Positions 34,874-47,349 of a DNA stretch of 64,000 nt are shown piece after piece. The stretch is from Antedon mediterranea (lineage: Eukaryota > Animalia > Echinodermata), in the NCBI RefSeq assembly GCF_964355755.1, contig NC_092673.1, positions 14,046,948 through 14,110,947 on the forward strand, given 5' to 3'. The position numbers were made by a program, and so were the translations under genes. How positions within the stretch are numbered: the first letter of the stretch is position 1; every line of letters starts with the position of its first letter. A model generated the notes under the pieces. The model had not been told where the DNA came from. It saw nothing but the letters and a program-made list of their open reading frames with translations, and ran no database searches.

Positions 34874-37800
34874 TTAATTTCTGATGTTGTTTGTGCGCGT
34901 CTTTAGTCGTTTTGACGGTTGAGCACATGAAATTTCAATTTCATCTTCAGACATAAACACATCGTTGTCTTCGAAAACCGTCGTCTTCTTCGGACTTTCA
35001 GTTGTTTTAGTCAATGAAGTATTGGGAGTCAGTACACCATCTGTTTCATCTTTTCTTTCTAATTGAAACAATTGAGCCTCATTGTCAACTAGAAATTGTG
35101 AATCTAAGGTTTCTTCATCCCCATCTGGTATACCATCATCCATTTCTATTTCCTGAAAGATAAATAAAATATATAGTTTTTAAAATATTTGTATTTAAGT
35201 AAGGCGCCTTCGGTAAATTATTTCAAACGACAAGAACGCGTTCAGGCACGTTTGCTATTGTATTACGACAAAGGTCATAAAGACGCGTTTGGCAGACCAT
35301 TTGGGGGAACCCCGTTTGGACGCGTTTATTCACGTTTGGCATGTTGCTCCGCCCCATTGAACGCTTGACTGAGCAGCATTATTGTGTGTTAGTTGGTACG
35401 ATTCCTTCATTGAGTATTAAATTTCCAGATAATGGCATATTGTTCTTTACACGCCCGCCGTTTGTCAAGACGTACTTTACATAAAAATTACTTTTTAAAG
35501 CTTGGTACTAGGGCCTAGTCTCTAGGGGAGGCCTAGGCCTACTAATTATTTCAAAAACACATTTATTTTTCAAAATTGTAAAAGTTTTGAAACTTGAAGA
35601 CCAATCAAATAAAATAAATATACCTGTTTCCCGAGTTTCAATTCACAAATCACATTTTGTATTGATTGTACCATGGAGTTATACTCTCCTTGCCTAATTA
35701 CGGAAAAATATACAACAATGCGTACAATATCGCTACCAAAACGCGATTCCTTGTCTGTGGGGATTCCCTTGATGATACGGCCCCGCACAGCCCGTAAACA
35801 ACATTGCACTGTAATAAATAATGCGACCTACACTATAAATGATTTAATCCTACCTTGGGTTAGCGAATTATAAAAAACAACATCTAGGCTAGGACACCAA
35901 CAAAATATATGCAAGATAAATATATATTCCATGTTAAGATTTAAGATATGCCTTTTAAATTATTAAAGAAAATACCCGACTCGAATTTGGATGGAGGGAA
36001 AAAACCATGTGAATCGCGGGAACAGTTTAGATTACGTTTCATGTCATGTGACACAAAATTCAGGTACACGTAATTAGCCACCCCTGGTACCGAGTTAAAA
36101 AAACATGTGAGAGGTTGCGGTAAACAGAGAGTATCGTGTTTCATGCCATGTGACAAAAAAAAAACTAGGTCTGTATTAATTACGGTCTTCATACTTTTGT
36201 TCTAATTTTGAGGGCTGGAAATAACGTTCAAACACCGTACTGTTAAAATAGATTTCTTTCAGATTTTTAAACTTTTATCTGAAATATAAATTGATATATC
36301 TAGTATTTAGTAACGGTAAATAGCGGATATTAATACTGTCATAATAATATGAAGATACGATTTAGTGATGCTTATAAACGATTGATTCGTGTAAACGTGA
36401 TTTGGCGCCAAGTAGCTAGCGAGATAGAAGGTAATGCAAAGCGACGATTTGCTGTCACTCGCTCGCGATCAACTAGGCCTAGCCTAAATTGCAGTTATTT
36501 TTACAATTTTTTCATGTTTTTGTGAACTGCCGATCGGTTATATAATCATTGCGCTACAAATACAGCACTGTACATTTTATTTCACTTTAAAATCTACGAA
36601 AACCGTTTTTTTTTGCTTCACCATTAATATTATTAGACGTTGTTTTGGCGGGCCTAGTAATTATTATACCGTGATGTTTGCCGCGAAAGGGGGTTCCCCG
36701 ATTAGTTTGCAAGAGTCCGAGATAATAGAAAACGCGACTCTGTGACACAAACGTGTTCGAACGTCGATGTTTTGTTTGAACTGGCAAGACAAAGGGAAGC
36801 CGTTTGCGTGACACAAACGCACTACAACGCTCCGGCTCCGTTTGGAAAGGCGTGTCGGGAACGTGGTAATTCTCATGAATATTCAATTAGATGCACTAAT
36901 TAGAACGGTTGATTGTGAAACACGTTTCAACAACGGTCAAAATCGAAACGCGTTCTTGTCGTTTGAAATAATTTACCGAAGGCGCCTAATATGTATCAAC
37001 AACTGCAAAAACAAGCATTTATTTACCAATGAGTCACTTGAGTCGATCTGTAGGCTCGGTTGAGACCGTTGCTCCATTGATGCATTCATCGAGGAGATGC
37101 TCGTTCCTGTAGAATCAAATGGAACAAATAAATATGCAGGTATGGTATTTTCTACAACTCGTCCATGTTGTTCAATCCAAGCTTCATTATCTTCCTCTTC
37201 TTTCTGTATACTCATTCAACTTAATCTCCAAATATCGGTTAGCTGCTTTTTTTAAGTTTGGTACAAGGAAGTCGACACTTTCTACAACTTCACGAAGATA
37301 TTCCATTTCATTAATTGTTGGTTCATACATGTTGTTGATCATGGTCATAAAGAAATGTTCTGCAAGGAACATGTGCGTTTCAGGTAAAGTTATGACTGGT
37401 TCAGGGTCGTTCAGCGGTTCAATGGAAACGTCTAGATAGACCGGCGTACTTTGAATCTTTTTCACAATGTTTCAACTCATTTGGTATGTCTTCATTAGTT
37501 GTTAAAATGACCCATTTCGATTCAATATTTGCGATAGTTCCATGAGTTTTCACTGTGACATGGTCACCGGAAGCTAATCGCCATAACGTTGACCTATTTG
37601 TAGCATTACTGATGGATTTTAAAGTACAGTCATCGGCAACAAAAACTGTTTGGTCTGACGACCTAGAGTAATTAATGTCTAACTCCTGACGAATCAGTAG
37701 CTAACATGTGTGATTTGTAAGTTGGAATGATTCGAGTTAGTATTGACTTTCCGGTGCCTGTGTTGGTTCCATAAAAACATATACCCTTCATCCCATCATT

Positions 37801-38738
37801 ACAATTCCGGTGGCAGTAAGACATAATCAACATTACACAAACCAATTTGTTTGATTCTTCTATTTTTCCTTTGAAGTTGTTATTATCTGTTCATATTTCT
37901 CGGAATTAGTAAACAATATACGTTTTGGTATTTTCATCATTGGCTTTACCATTACAGATGACTCAATTAACACTTTAATTGCTGGTTTAAGCGTTGCTAG
38001 GTCCTTCATGCTTACATTAAACTTCTTGCGTATCATAACAAGAAACGATTTTTCAGTGATTGGCATGTTGGCCTACTTCATTTTGCAGTTCACCTAGTGT
38101 ATCGTCAGTAGATATAAGTTGTAGCGTTTTTATGTGTTTCACATATGACCCGTCTGTTGTTGAATGACCACAATCAACGTTTGCATTAACTTTATCACCT
38201 TTGTCAGGTTGATCCATAGGACCAACATCATTACCATTAGGTATGTGCGGGTTGTACGGTTGCATTTGGAGGCATAGGTATTCCCCCTTGTGGTGGATCT
38301 TCAATCGAATGTGCTTCATTATTCCAGTTTTTGTATGGTAGGCTTCTAAATCTTTAACTGGTTCTAAATAAGGAATGGAACAGTCAATGCAATGACTACC
38401 CAATGTAACAAGTATACCACATAAATATGTACGTGTTGACATTTTACGAATATGCATATGTTGGTATGGCAAGTGTGCTTGCTGTCGTTTGGCTGCTCGT
38501 AAATATCCATGGATATGTTCAAATTCCGGTATTGGTTCAGAATAATCTGGGCATTCTACATGACCGAAATTTGCTATTATTCTGGTCGCTTGTGGATCGT
38601 TGCCAGATTCTCGGAAAGATATTTGTTGTTTCCTATTAAACAAGCAATGTCGTATCCTTCTATTGTGCATGTTAGTAAAGAAAATGCCCATGTTACGGCT
38701 CTCTGTTGTCTCCATATACCGGGTATTACTACGTCCAT
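34874..38738 (-). pseudogene. Decayed spliced Rep gene: HUH endonuclease + SF3 helicase (CRESS-DNA/parvovirus-like); exons 38738-37027 and 35152-34874
   Basis: RAVTWAFSL (motif I-like), EHIHGYL (HUH, 38517-38509), EAYHTK (motif III-like); Walker A YGTNTGTGKS (37770-37744), Walker B VFVADD, LASGDHVTVK, motif C VILTTN, Arg finger LSRRF; several frameshifts; in-frame phase-0 intron. Confidence 0.78.
35203..36986. mobile_element. Non-autonomous PIF/Harbinger element inside the Rep intron
   Basis: ~40-bp TIR GGCGCCTTCGGTAAATTATTTCAAACGACAAGAACGCGTT, TAA TSD on both sides. Confidence 0.85.
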
Positions 38739-38929
38739 CTAATAAAATGAAATAAAAATATTAATGACAATAATAATAATAATAATATATAATTATATCA
38801 CTCTATACTTACTCGTCTATGAAGTTTAATAATTGTGGAAGTGGCCAATTTTTCCATGATCTGAAACTTTTTTGACGTCTTAGTTTTGGCGGAGAATTAC
38901 GTAAACATGGACGTTGTTTATCAAAGAAA

Positions 38930-39400
38930 ATCATTATGACACAAGATCTCAAGATCAACTAATGCTACCTAAACCTAGAACAGACTATAGAGGTGCTAAA
39001 TTATGGAATGAACTAAGTGATGACATAAAAAATGTAAAAACATCTTTTAATTTTAAATTAAAATTAAAAAATGTATGATTACCACCATTACATTTAAGTA
39101 TACTATAATTCAAATTATATGATGTTAGAAATGTATTTAAGATTTTCAATTCAATTGTGGTGTGTGTTACGATGTTTTCGCGAGTGAATAAGAAGCATAT
39201 AAAACACAAACGAAAACTATTTATTCTTAATTATCTTACAAGCGTAATATTAACATCAAAATGAGTCTTTGTGATATATTAATATTTTATTGACCAGTAC
39301 TTGTTGGAGTTGTATTATTTTGTACAATGTAGGCATTAAATTGACAACTTCTGTGAGTGATTGATGATAGGCCACTGACCTTGCTAGGCCTTGACAGCTG
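38930..39400 (+). mobile_element. L2/CR1 LINE 3' fragment
   Basis: HYDTRS..LPKPRTDY..RGAKLWNEL..FKLKLK. Confidence 0.65.
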
Positions 39401-39409
39401 ACGGCTTTT

Positions 39410-39525
39410 GAACAAATTTTTTCGGCCTGACTTTTTTCAAAAATCGCATGGTCGGAGTATGAGTCGACCCCCCGATTTTACAATTAAAATTAAAAGTCTC
39501 GACCTATACTCCGGAAAATACGGTA
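39410..39525. mobile_element. Tc1/mariner(pogo)-type TIR end
   Basis: TCGACCTATACTCCGGAAAATACGGTA terminus. Confidence 0.55.
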
Positions 39526-40480
39526 GCTCACTGGGGATGTCCTATAATTTTTCTGAGTTCAATTATAACACCACTACCTGGTCCCAACTTCCTCATTATC
39601 TTTCTGACACTAATTGTATCTGATACAAAATAAAAATACATTTCTGGCAACATAGTAAAGAACCGCCTTATTATTATTAGTTACTTGGCATTTAGAGCTT
39701 CCAACTCTTTCTGCAAATCTTTCTTTTCATTTTAAACTTTCTTTATCATGAAGGTTGGTATATGTTTGACAAACATGGCTAGGCTAATCATATCCCGATG
39801 AAGATATTGCCATTGAAATTATTTTTTCAAGAATTTCATTTGGGACATTGTTATTATCAACTGTAGATTGACGATCAGTTTCATTTAGTTGTAAGGGAAA
39901 GATATTATCTTCACCTGAATCTTCGAGTGAGCTTCAATATATCGGAGGTGAGGCATCAATCTGAAAGTTACTGGATTGTGAATCGGATACATCCTTTTGC
40001 GATTGTTCACTAATGGGTTCACTAACACAAATATAGTGTTCACCGTGTTCCTCTCCGTAGTGTCCAAGATGGATTGTGCCTAACGGAAACTATGTAATGG
40101 GTTAATTACAGTTCTTGCATCAGAACCCAGAGAAGACAAAACTACTACTGTATTTGTATACTATATATATTCGACAGTGTTTGTAGTGTGATGTGGTCCC
40201 CAAAAGTTCCTGCGTTTGCCATTTGGTCCGTATAATTGAACTACGGCATCCCGACAAACAGTTGGAGAGGCATGCCGTCTATATTATCGGGGTTATCCCG
40301 AAGGTGACCAACTACTTCAGCACGTAGCTGTAGGCCGTCCGGAAAATTCCTAAATCTTGTAGCGCAAACCTTACCGAATCAAACTGGCAATTCCCATTAC
40401 CAGGTGGGTTACTGTATACCTTAAGGATATACCCTCTTCAGAGAAATCCCTCTCAATAAATTTATCATGACCTCTTAATT
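39526..40480 (-). mobile_element. Ginger transposon, C-terminal part (OTU-like protease, F-box-like motif)
   Basis: NPPGNGNCQF (OTU Cys box), LRAEVVGHL, GTFGDHITL, LGHYGEEHGEHY (His box), VPNEILEKII; stops and frameshifts. Confidence 0.72.
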
Positions 40481-40714
40481 TTACTGATTACTTAAAGTGA
40501 TATACAGTAACTTTCTTTGCATACACTGTGTCACACAATATATATATATATGATACAGGAAATTAAACCTTTAAATAAATCTAAAAAGTTGAATACTAAA
40601 ACTATAAAACATTTTTAAACTCTTAAACTGTGGTACACTGTACTGTAATTTCTTGAGACCTAAATTGTCAATGTCCTAAATTCATTTATTGGGACTGGGA
40701 AACCATACAGCCAT

Positions 40715-40865
40715 ACCATCACCAGTTGCAAGGTACCGCAAAATGACTAAAACCAACTCCTCCACTGAGATAGCAATTCCAATTCTGTTTTTGCTCTCTT
40801 TCAGATGGGGCTGAATTAAGGACACAAGTTGATTCAATCTTTCTGGTGTCATTCTTGTATATCTA
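40715..40865 (-). mobile_element. PIF/Harbinger transposase N-terminal fragment (probable host TIR ends at 45221)
   Basis: RMTPERLNQLVSLIQPHL..AISVEELVLVILRYLATGD; GGAAACCAGGCT-TTA end at 45210-45224. Confidence 0.72.
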
Positions 40866-41161
40866 TTTAATAAGACAAAACAATTTGTAAATGCAACACA
40901 TACACTTTCAATGTTGATACATTATTAATGTTAATATCAATGTTTTGTTTAATTTTTAGTGGTACTAGAAGCAGACTTTCTGTTCACATGTAAAAATGTT
41001 AATAATAAATAAGTGTGATATTTCCTATGTACTGGGCCCGGCAGTATTTACTGTTAATACTGTACAAGCCTTTATTTCTTTGGAATCATTATAGGCCTCA
41101 TTTTCTTGTTTAAAATTTGCTCTGTAAAAATATTTAACATTTTAAAATTAGTGTGTTGAAG

Positions 41162-41198
41162 CATAGAGATATTATAGTGAACTAGTAATATCTCTATG
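41162..41198. mobile_element. 37-bp CATAG palindrome with 7-bp TSD (P-like footprint)
   Basis: GTTGAAG-CATAGAGATATTA..TAATATCTCTATG-GTTGAAG. Confidence 0.72.
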
Positions 41199-41866
41199 GT
41201 TGAAGCTTTTCAATAATTATTTTAAATCAAAGAAAAATAATTAACTTGTTTTTTTAAGTAAATGACTACAAATTTTAATTTTATAGCATTTTCCTGTTAA
41301 GCAGCTGAACTACTACTAGTACTGTCATTAGTTATAGTTATGTGTACAGTATAGATAACATTTTAAAATGTTTTTTTAAAAAATGTGGTTATTATTTATT
41401 TGACTGTACGTCCAGTGTGGATAAGCAAAGCAACAGTCAATAGCACAAACAACATTACCACACTAACTACAATACCCTATTATACAATACATAGGCCTAG
41501 GCTATTCCTATAGCCTATCAAGGATCATATAAAATAAAGTCACACTAAAAAAAAAGAGATTTAATTCCAAAGTTAGCCTAGGCCTACAGATGGTGGTCCA
41601 CTTAATTGGGATAGAGCCTAGCCTAGTAGGCTAGTATAGGAGACCTACTACTACTAAGTACTAGAGGCCTAGGCTAAATAGTAGGTAGGCCTAAAAAAGG
41701 CTTTTGGCAGTAGGCCTAGTAGTTCTACTAAGTAGGGGCCTAGGCCTACAAGAAGGCTACAGTCTAGGCCTATGCCATTTTTATTACAGGCCTATAACAG
41801 AATCTTGCCTATTTAATAGGTAGACTAGGCTATGCCTATGTAAAGTATATGACACACAGCATGTAT

Positions 41867-44800
41867 GGGTGTGTAGAAAGTGACGACCTCGAATTGGACG
41901 ACACCAACGACCCGGGCGACCTCGAATTGGACGACCTAGAATTGGACGACCCATAACACGAAACCGACGACCCATATAGCCTAGCCTAGCCTGAGTGTGG
42001 TATAACATCCCGAAGTTGAACATAGCCAAAGATCTTTAAACCATACCTTATATAATACTCGCAAGCAAGCAATTGATTGAAAAAATACAGAAATATCGCC
42101 ATTTGATACTGAATGTGTCGACATGAACAAACGAACAGATATGGAACGCCAAGAGTGCATCATTAAAACTGCATTCGACTCGATTAGCACACGAAATATC
42201 ATAAACATGGAAAACCAGGTCAAAACGGCCCCTTTTTAAGCGGCGGGTAAGGTTTGACCGTATACAATGCATGTGTGAAATGTAAAGCTTTCTTATGGCC
42301 CTCCCCATGCACATGTTCGCAACACGCTGCTTGGTAGGCCTATAGTGTTCGTTGTAAGAAGACGAGATGTAATTATACGTCCATGGTTTTAACCAATTTA
42401 TTTCTTTTTAATTTATTTTTAATATGTTTGTCGAAATACCATCTTTGTTTACAGGCATGTCTGCCACAAGCATCTGCTTTTTGACCATGCCTTCTTCAAT
42501 TTAATTAATCTTGTTTATCTCTATTTGTAAACTGCTTTTATTTGGAAAAAATAAATTGATTTTGTGATAGGTTATAGAACATGATAAACATAACGTATTA
42601 TGAACAATGCCCAATAGATTTATGAAACGGACGGATACTTTTTTCGTAAAATAGTGACATTAAAAACATGAGTGACTGACATTTTAATAACTCAATCTAC
42701 GGGAAACTTTGCTACAACTAGCGTTTATTACTTGAATCACCATAACAGACTTTTGTTGATTCTGCATAGTTTATACAGGTTGTTTTTTTTAATGTTCAGA
42801 GATTTATGTTACCCAAAATCTTGAAAATCGGTCGGCGGTTTTCTTTTTTTTTTTGCTTTTGAGGGACTTTTTAACTTTATAATTTTATTACATTCTTTGT
42901 TTTTTGAGCCTTTTTTGTTTTAAAAAGAGATTACTAAACTGTAATTTTATCAATTTTGGCTACGGAAAAACACATTTTAAAAATTGTGCCCTCTATTTAA
43001 CATTAAAGTCAATGAATTTTATCTCTAATGCATTCTCCCTAGTCACACGTGGACACTATTTTACCAAGTCTCCGGATCCGCTGCACTAGATTCGCCAACT
43101 GTTGACGTATAAAGCAAACCGTGTGTAGATTGTTCAGACACTATTGTATAAATAGTGTCCTCGTAGTCTTTAGTGACTTCAAAAAACCGATCCAAATTTA
43201 AAAAACAAATATTCTACTTGAGCAACATGACAATTTGTTTTAGGCCTAAAATGACGAATACTCATTAAATCACAAAAACATAATTGCTGACATTTTATGA
43301 AAACAAATATAACAAAATAACTTATTAATAACATCATTAACAACTGACATAAGTATTTCTCTTAGTCTTATCTACTGCATCCATCTGACCATCCATCTTT
43401 TATACACAGACCTATTTATACAATACAACATATTCCAACAACATTCCTATATACTACAAAATCCTGATCAATTGCGGGCAGAATAAAGAACAGAAAAGAT
43501 AATAACCAATATTCATCTGACCCTGGACGTCTAATTATACGTCCATAATCTGACCATTTATCTTTCATACAACATATATTTTCCTATATACTGCAAAATA
43601 CTGATCAATTACGGGCAGAATAAAGAATGATAATAACCAATAAAATAAAAACTAAACAATACTGGAAATAACAAAGAATATTATTTGAAATTAACTTCTA
43701 CTCTACGCAATTCTGGAATAACCATACTTTTTCTTCGTAGTTGCCTTTAAATCGTTGCATCACGCTAATTAACATATTAATAATTATAATTTAATTAATT
43801 TCGTATCAAAGATCAAAAGTAACACTTCCTCATGTATTTATCCCATGAATGAAATGTATTCAGTAAACATTATATTTCATTCTGGTTTACTCATGTTCCG
43901 TGAGTAGATCAGTGTTGGTTGAAACCGGTTATGATGAGTTTTAATAAATAAGAAATTAGTAAGAATGTTAATGCAGCATAGACAATGTGACATTAACCAG
44001 TTTAAGTATGTTATGGGTTCTGTGAGACTTCGTCTTACCACATAATGTGTATAACATCATGTTACTTCCCACTACATATGTCCGGCTCACAAATTGAGAC
44101 TGCAGACCGACACATATTTTCAATTACAGTAAATATAATGCACATGCTTAACAATTCTATACACATTACAATTCTCTACGACGAATTGTTGCATAGATAG
44201 GAGAACCCTATCTTAAAACCTAATTTGTATTTTTGGGGGTATGGCGGCCCTCATTTTTATCTTCTGTAAATTGGTCCACTCACCAAGTGCGAACATTTAA
44301 AAAGAAAAAAGATCGTTTTAGGTTAATTTAAATATGGTAATTATAATCGGGTCAAAGATCAAAAGTGATACTTCCGGTCATTTTGCGAGAAAAAATCTAT
44401 TAGAGAAAATGACGTATTCTGAACAAATCCTCTCTAGCTAGTTACATAGATCTTGCAACATAAAATGTAGTCATTTTGTTGGCCGCCATCTTGGGGCAAA
44501 CATACAGATAGCCTTGATTTGATTTGATTATTTGGGTTAACGATGACCAATCCACTGAGCAAACCTTACCCGCCGCTTAAAAAGAGGCCGTTTTGACCTG
44601 GTTTGCCATGTTTATGATATTTCGTGTGCTAATCGAGTCGAATGCAGTTTTAATGATGCACTCTTGGCGTTCCATATCTGTTCGTTTGTTCGTGTCGACA
44701 CATTCAGTATTATATAAGGTATGGTTTAAAGATCTTTGGCTATGTTCGGCTTCGGGATGTTATACCATGCACTTAGGCGTAGGCTAGGCGCCTATATGGG

Positions 44801-44903
44801 TCATCGGTTTCGTGTTATGGGTCGTCCAATTCTAGGTTGTCCAATTCGAGGTCGCCTGGGTCGTTGGGGTGTTCAATTCGAGGTCGTCGCTTTCTACACA
44901 CCC
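41867..44903. mobile_element. Non-autonomous MULE with ~370-bp TIRs
   Basis: GGGTGTGTAGAAAG.. / ..CTTTCTACACACCC, inverted similarity 41867-42255 vs 44562-44903, 10-bp TSD CAGCATGTAT. Confidence 0.88.
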
Positions 44904-45221
44904 CAGCATGTATAGCCTTTCTAAGTCTAGGCTATCTACCTGAACAACTATTTCTTTGCAATGGCAACCATGCCATCGATTGAACAGATAGAAGCGTAAG
45001 AAAAAAGTTCAACTTTACGTAACGATCATAGACGGCCGTAAGCGCTTGAAGTTAAAAAAAGTCAACTTTACGTAAGGATCGTTATCGGCTCGTGTGCCTG
45101 CGGTTCAGAACGATCAAAACGTCGTTCACTTTTGTTCAACTTAACGGAAGAGACATAACAAACGCAACAATCGTAACAAACGTTGGCATTTTCAAATCTT
45201 ACCTTGACAGGAAACCAGGCT

Positions 45222-46140
45222 TTAATGGAATGTACAGTTTTTCCCTCAATTTCTTTCGTTTGCTTAATTTCTTTGTTTCTTCTCGTTCCTTTGTGGCAAT
45301 GTTTTCTTCGGGAATCCACTCTTCAACATTTTTATTTGTTACTGGATGTATAAATTGTACTTGTATTTGTATTTTCCGTTTTTAAATTCTGCCTTTCAGA
45401 ATAAATTTCTTCTTTGATTTTAGTTTTCCTTTCTTACTGAAATTTTCAAATGTTATTATAACTTCATTTACGTCATACGTAGATATTGTATTTTGTTTGC
45501 TATACGTGTTATTCATGCGTTTGTTCATTTGTATGGTTGCTTGTTTTGCTTTTTTTCGAATTTTGTCAACATGCTTTGCATTGCACCTGATGTCTTTTGG
45601 TCTAGGTGATTTAGTTAAAAGAATCTCATCTTCGGTCTCAATTATCGATGCTTTGCTTAAAATCATTTGATTTTTGTCCGTAGTAGATTTCGAAGGGTGT
45701 TTTCCAACCCAACTCTTTTTTACACTCCTCGTTTAAACTTCTGTTATAATCTGGTAAGTGAGCGACCCAGTTTATACGCTGCTTTTCCAACACCATGAGA
45801 TCATACAACATTTTCTTACAAAGTCGTCGGTGGACTCTTTCAACCTTCTCTTGTGACTGAGGGTGGTGTGGCCGAGATTTTATTCTTTTAATTTTTATCT
45901 GTTTGCAAACTCTCTTTACCTTCCCATCAAATTCTCTTCCATTATCACTCTGTAAGCGGTGAGGTGGACCATGTTCCTTGTAGATTTTGGTGAGTAAGTT
46001 TGCTATTGGAGCGCTGGATTTTTGTTCCAATGGCCGCAACCAAACAAAACGACTGAAAACATCAATTATGCTTAAAATGTATCTGTATAGTTTTCCCTTG
46101 TACATTACTGCGTCAGTGTCATATACCCATTAAATCAATC
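45222..46140 (-). mobile_element. Ginger transposon integrase (rve, KRBA2/SCAND3-like)
   Basis: YRYILSIIDVFSRF, LQSDNGREF, SRPHHPQSQEKVER; splice acceptor before IDL at 46140; no RT or LTR. Confidence 0.82.
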
Positions 46141-46374
46141 TAAACAAAACCAGATATTATATTGTTTAATTAACTTTGAATATTATAGCAAAATCTCCAA
46201 AAGCTCTAGGCTAGGCACAAAATCGTCTAGTTCTGTTACGGTTCGACGCGGACACGACAATCTCGATCATAAAATGTATTGTTGGGACGATTTGACTCAA
46301 CATTGTAAAAAAAAGTCTAGAGGACTAAGTCGTAAGGCATCACCTCATCGTAAAATGATGACAAAATAAAGTAC

Positions 46375-46827
46375 TTACGACAAACATTGTTTACCCTGGC
46401 TGTGAGATTTAAACGATTTTCCGCCGTGTATGCAGGCTAAGGTTATCTCATAATAACGCAACTCTTTCTTTATACTACGGTTATGCCGTTTGCTAGCTGC
46501 CTCGTTTGTTCTTGATTCTCTTTTATAAAATTTCCTGAAACAAGTTGTTTCATAGATGTCAATTGCTCTATTAAATGCATCGTAACTGTCAAAACAATCG
46601 CCCTCAGACAGAACCTCCATGTTCGTCCCCATGCCTCAAACATGTTTTTGTTGGTGGAGAGGGTGAAAAAAGCCAAGAAAGCGCGCGCTAGGCCTTATAC
46701 GATGACGTCACACACGTACCAGTACCCCATTGGCCGATTATGACGTAATGCAATTTTACCGTACCTTTAGCAAACCGAAATTGGGATACGGTAACGTATC
46801 TTTAGCCACGGTACAGATACAGCCAGG
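46375..46827 (-). mobile_element. MULE 5' end with ZSWIM3-N-like first exon
   Basis: EGDCFDSYDAFNRAIDIYE..FYKRESRT..YYEITLACIHGG, GTAAG donor; TIR-like GCCTGGCTGTATCTGTACCGTGG at 46827. Confidence 0.65.
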
Positions 46828-47349
46828 CCAGTATGTATTTTAATAAAAATTTCTATAATAGTGATATTCTATAAAGGAGAACCTTCATTTTACATACGGT
46901 ACGGGACTGAAAGGTGTACATAAAAAATGGGATTTGTAAAATCTAGGTTGACCTTAAATTAACCCCCAAATACGTAGATCGAAGTTAAAAAGGCTGTCAT
47001 GTTTATCTACTTTGCTCACGCAGTGGTCACTAGCTAGGCCTAGACTATAGCTATTGTTTGTGGTTCTGTAGAAATTTAGTTATGCAAAAAGATAGATTGT
47101 ACAGTACGTACTTATACAACAATTAACAATTTAAATATAACTATAAGTAATTTATTTCAAATCATACAGTACATTAGATAAGATATTACAATTTGATTTT
47201 GCTTTTTATTGTTAATTATGTTGTGTCTTATAATATTTAATTAAATTAAATTATTAAAAATTTTAATATATATTATTAATTGTTAATTTAAATTTCCAGT
47301 TTTATCTTATTACAGTCTTATTTTACTCCAATTTGCATTTTAGTTATAT

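Noticed and set aside
41981-44787. Duplicated ORF MTWF..IESNAVLMMHSWRS on opposite strands
   Set aside because: Chance frames within the two TIRs of a non-autonomous MULE
45638-46105. LTR retrotransposon or host KRBA2/SCAND3 gene
   Set aside because: No RT, RNase H or LTRs; frameshifted; linked to an OTU domain as in Ginger DNA transposons
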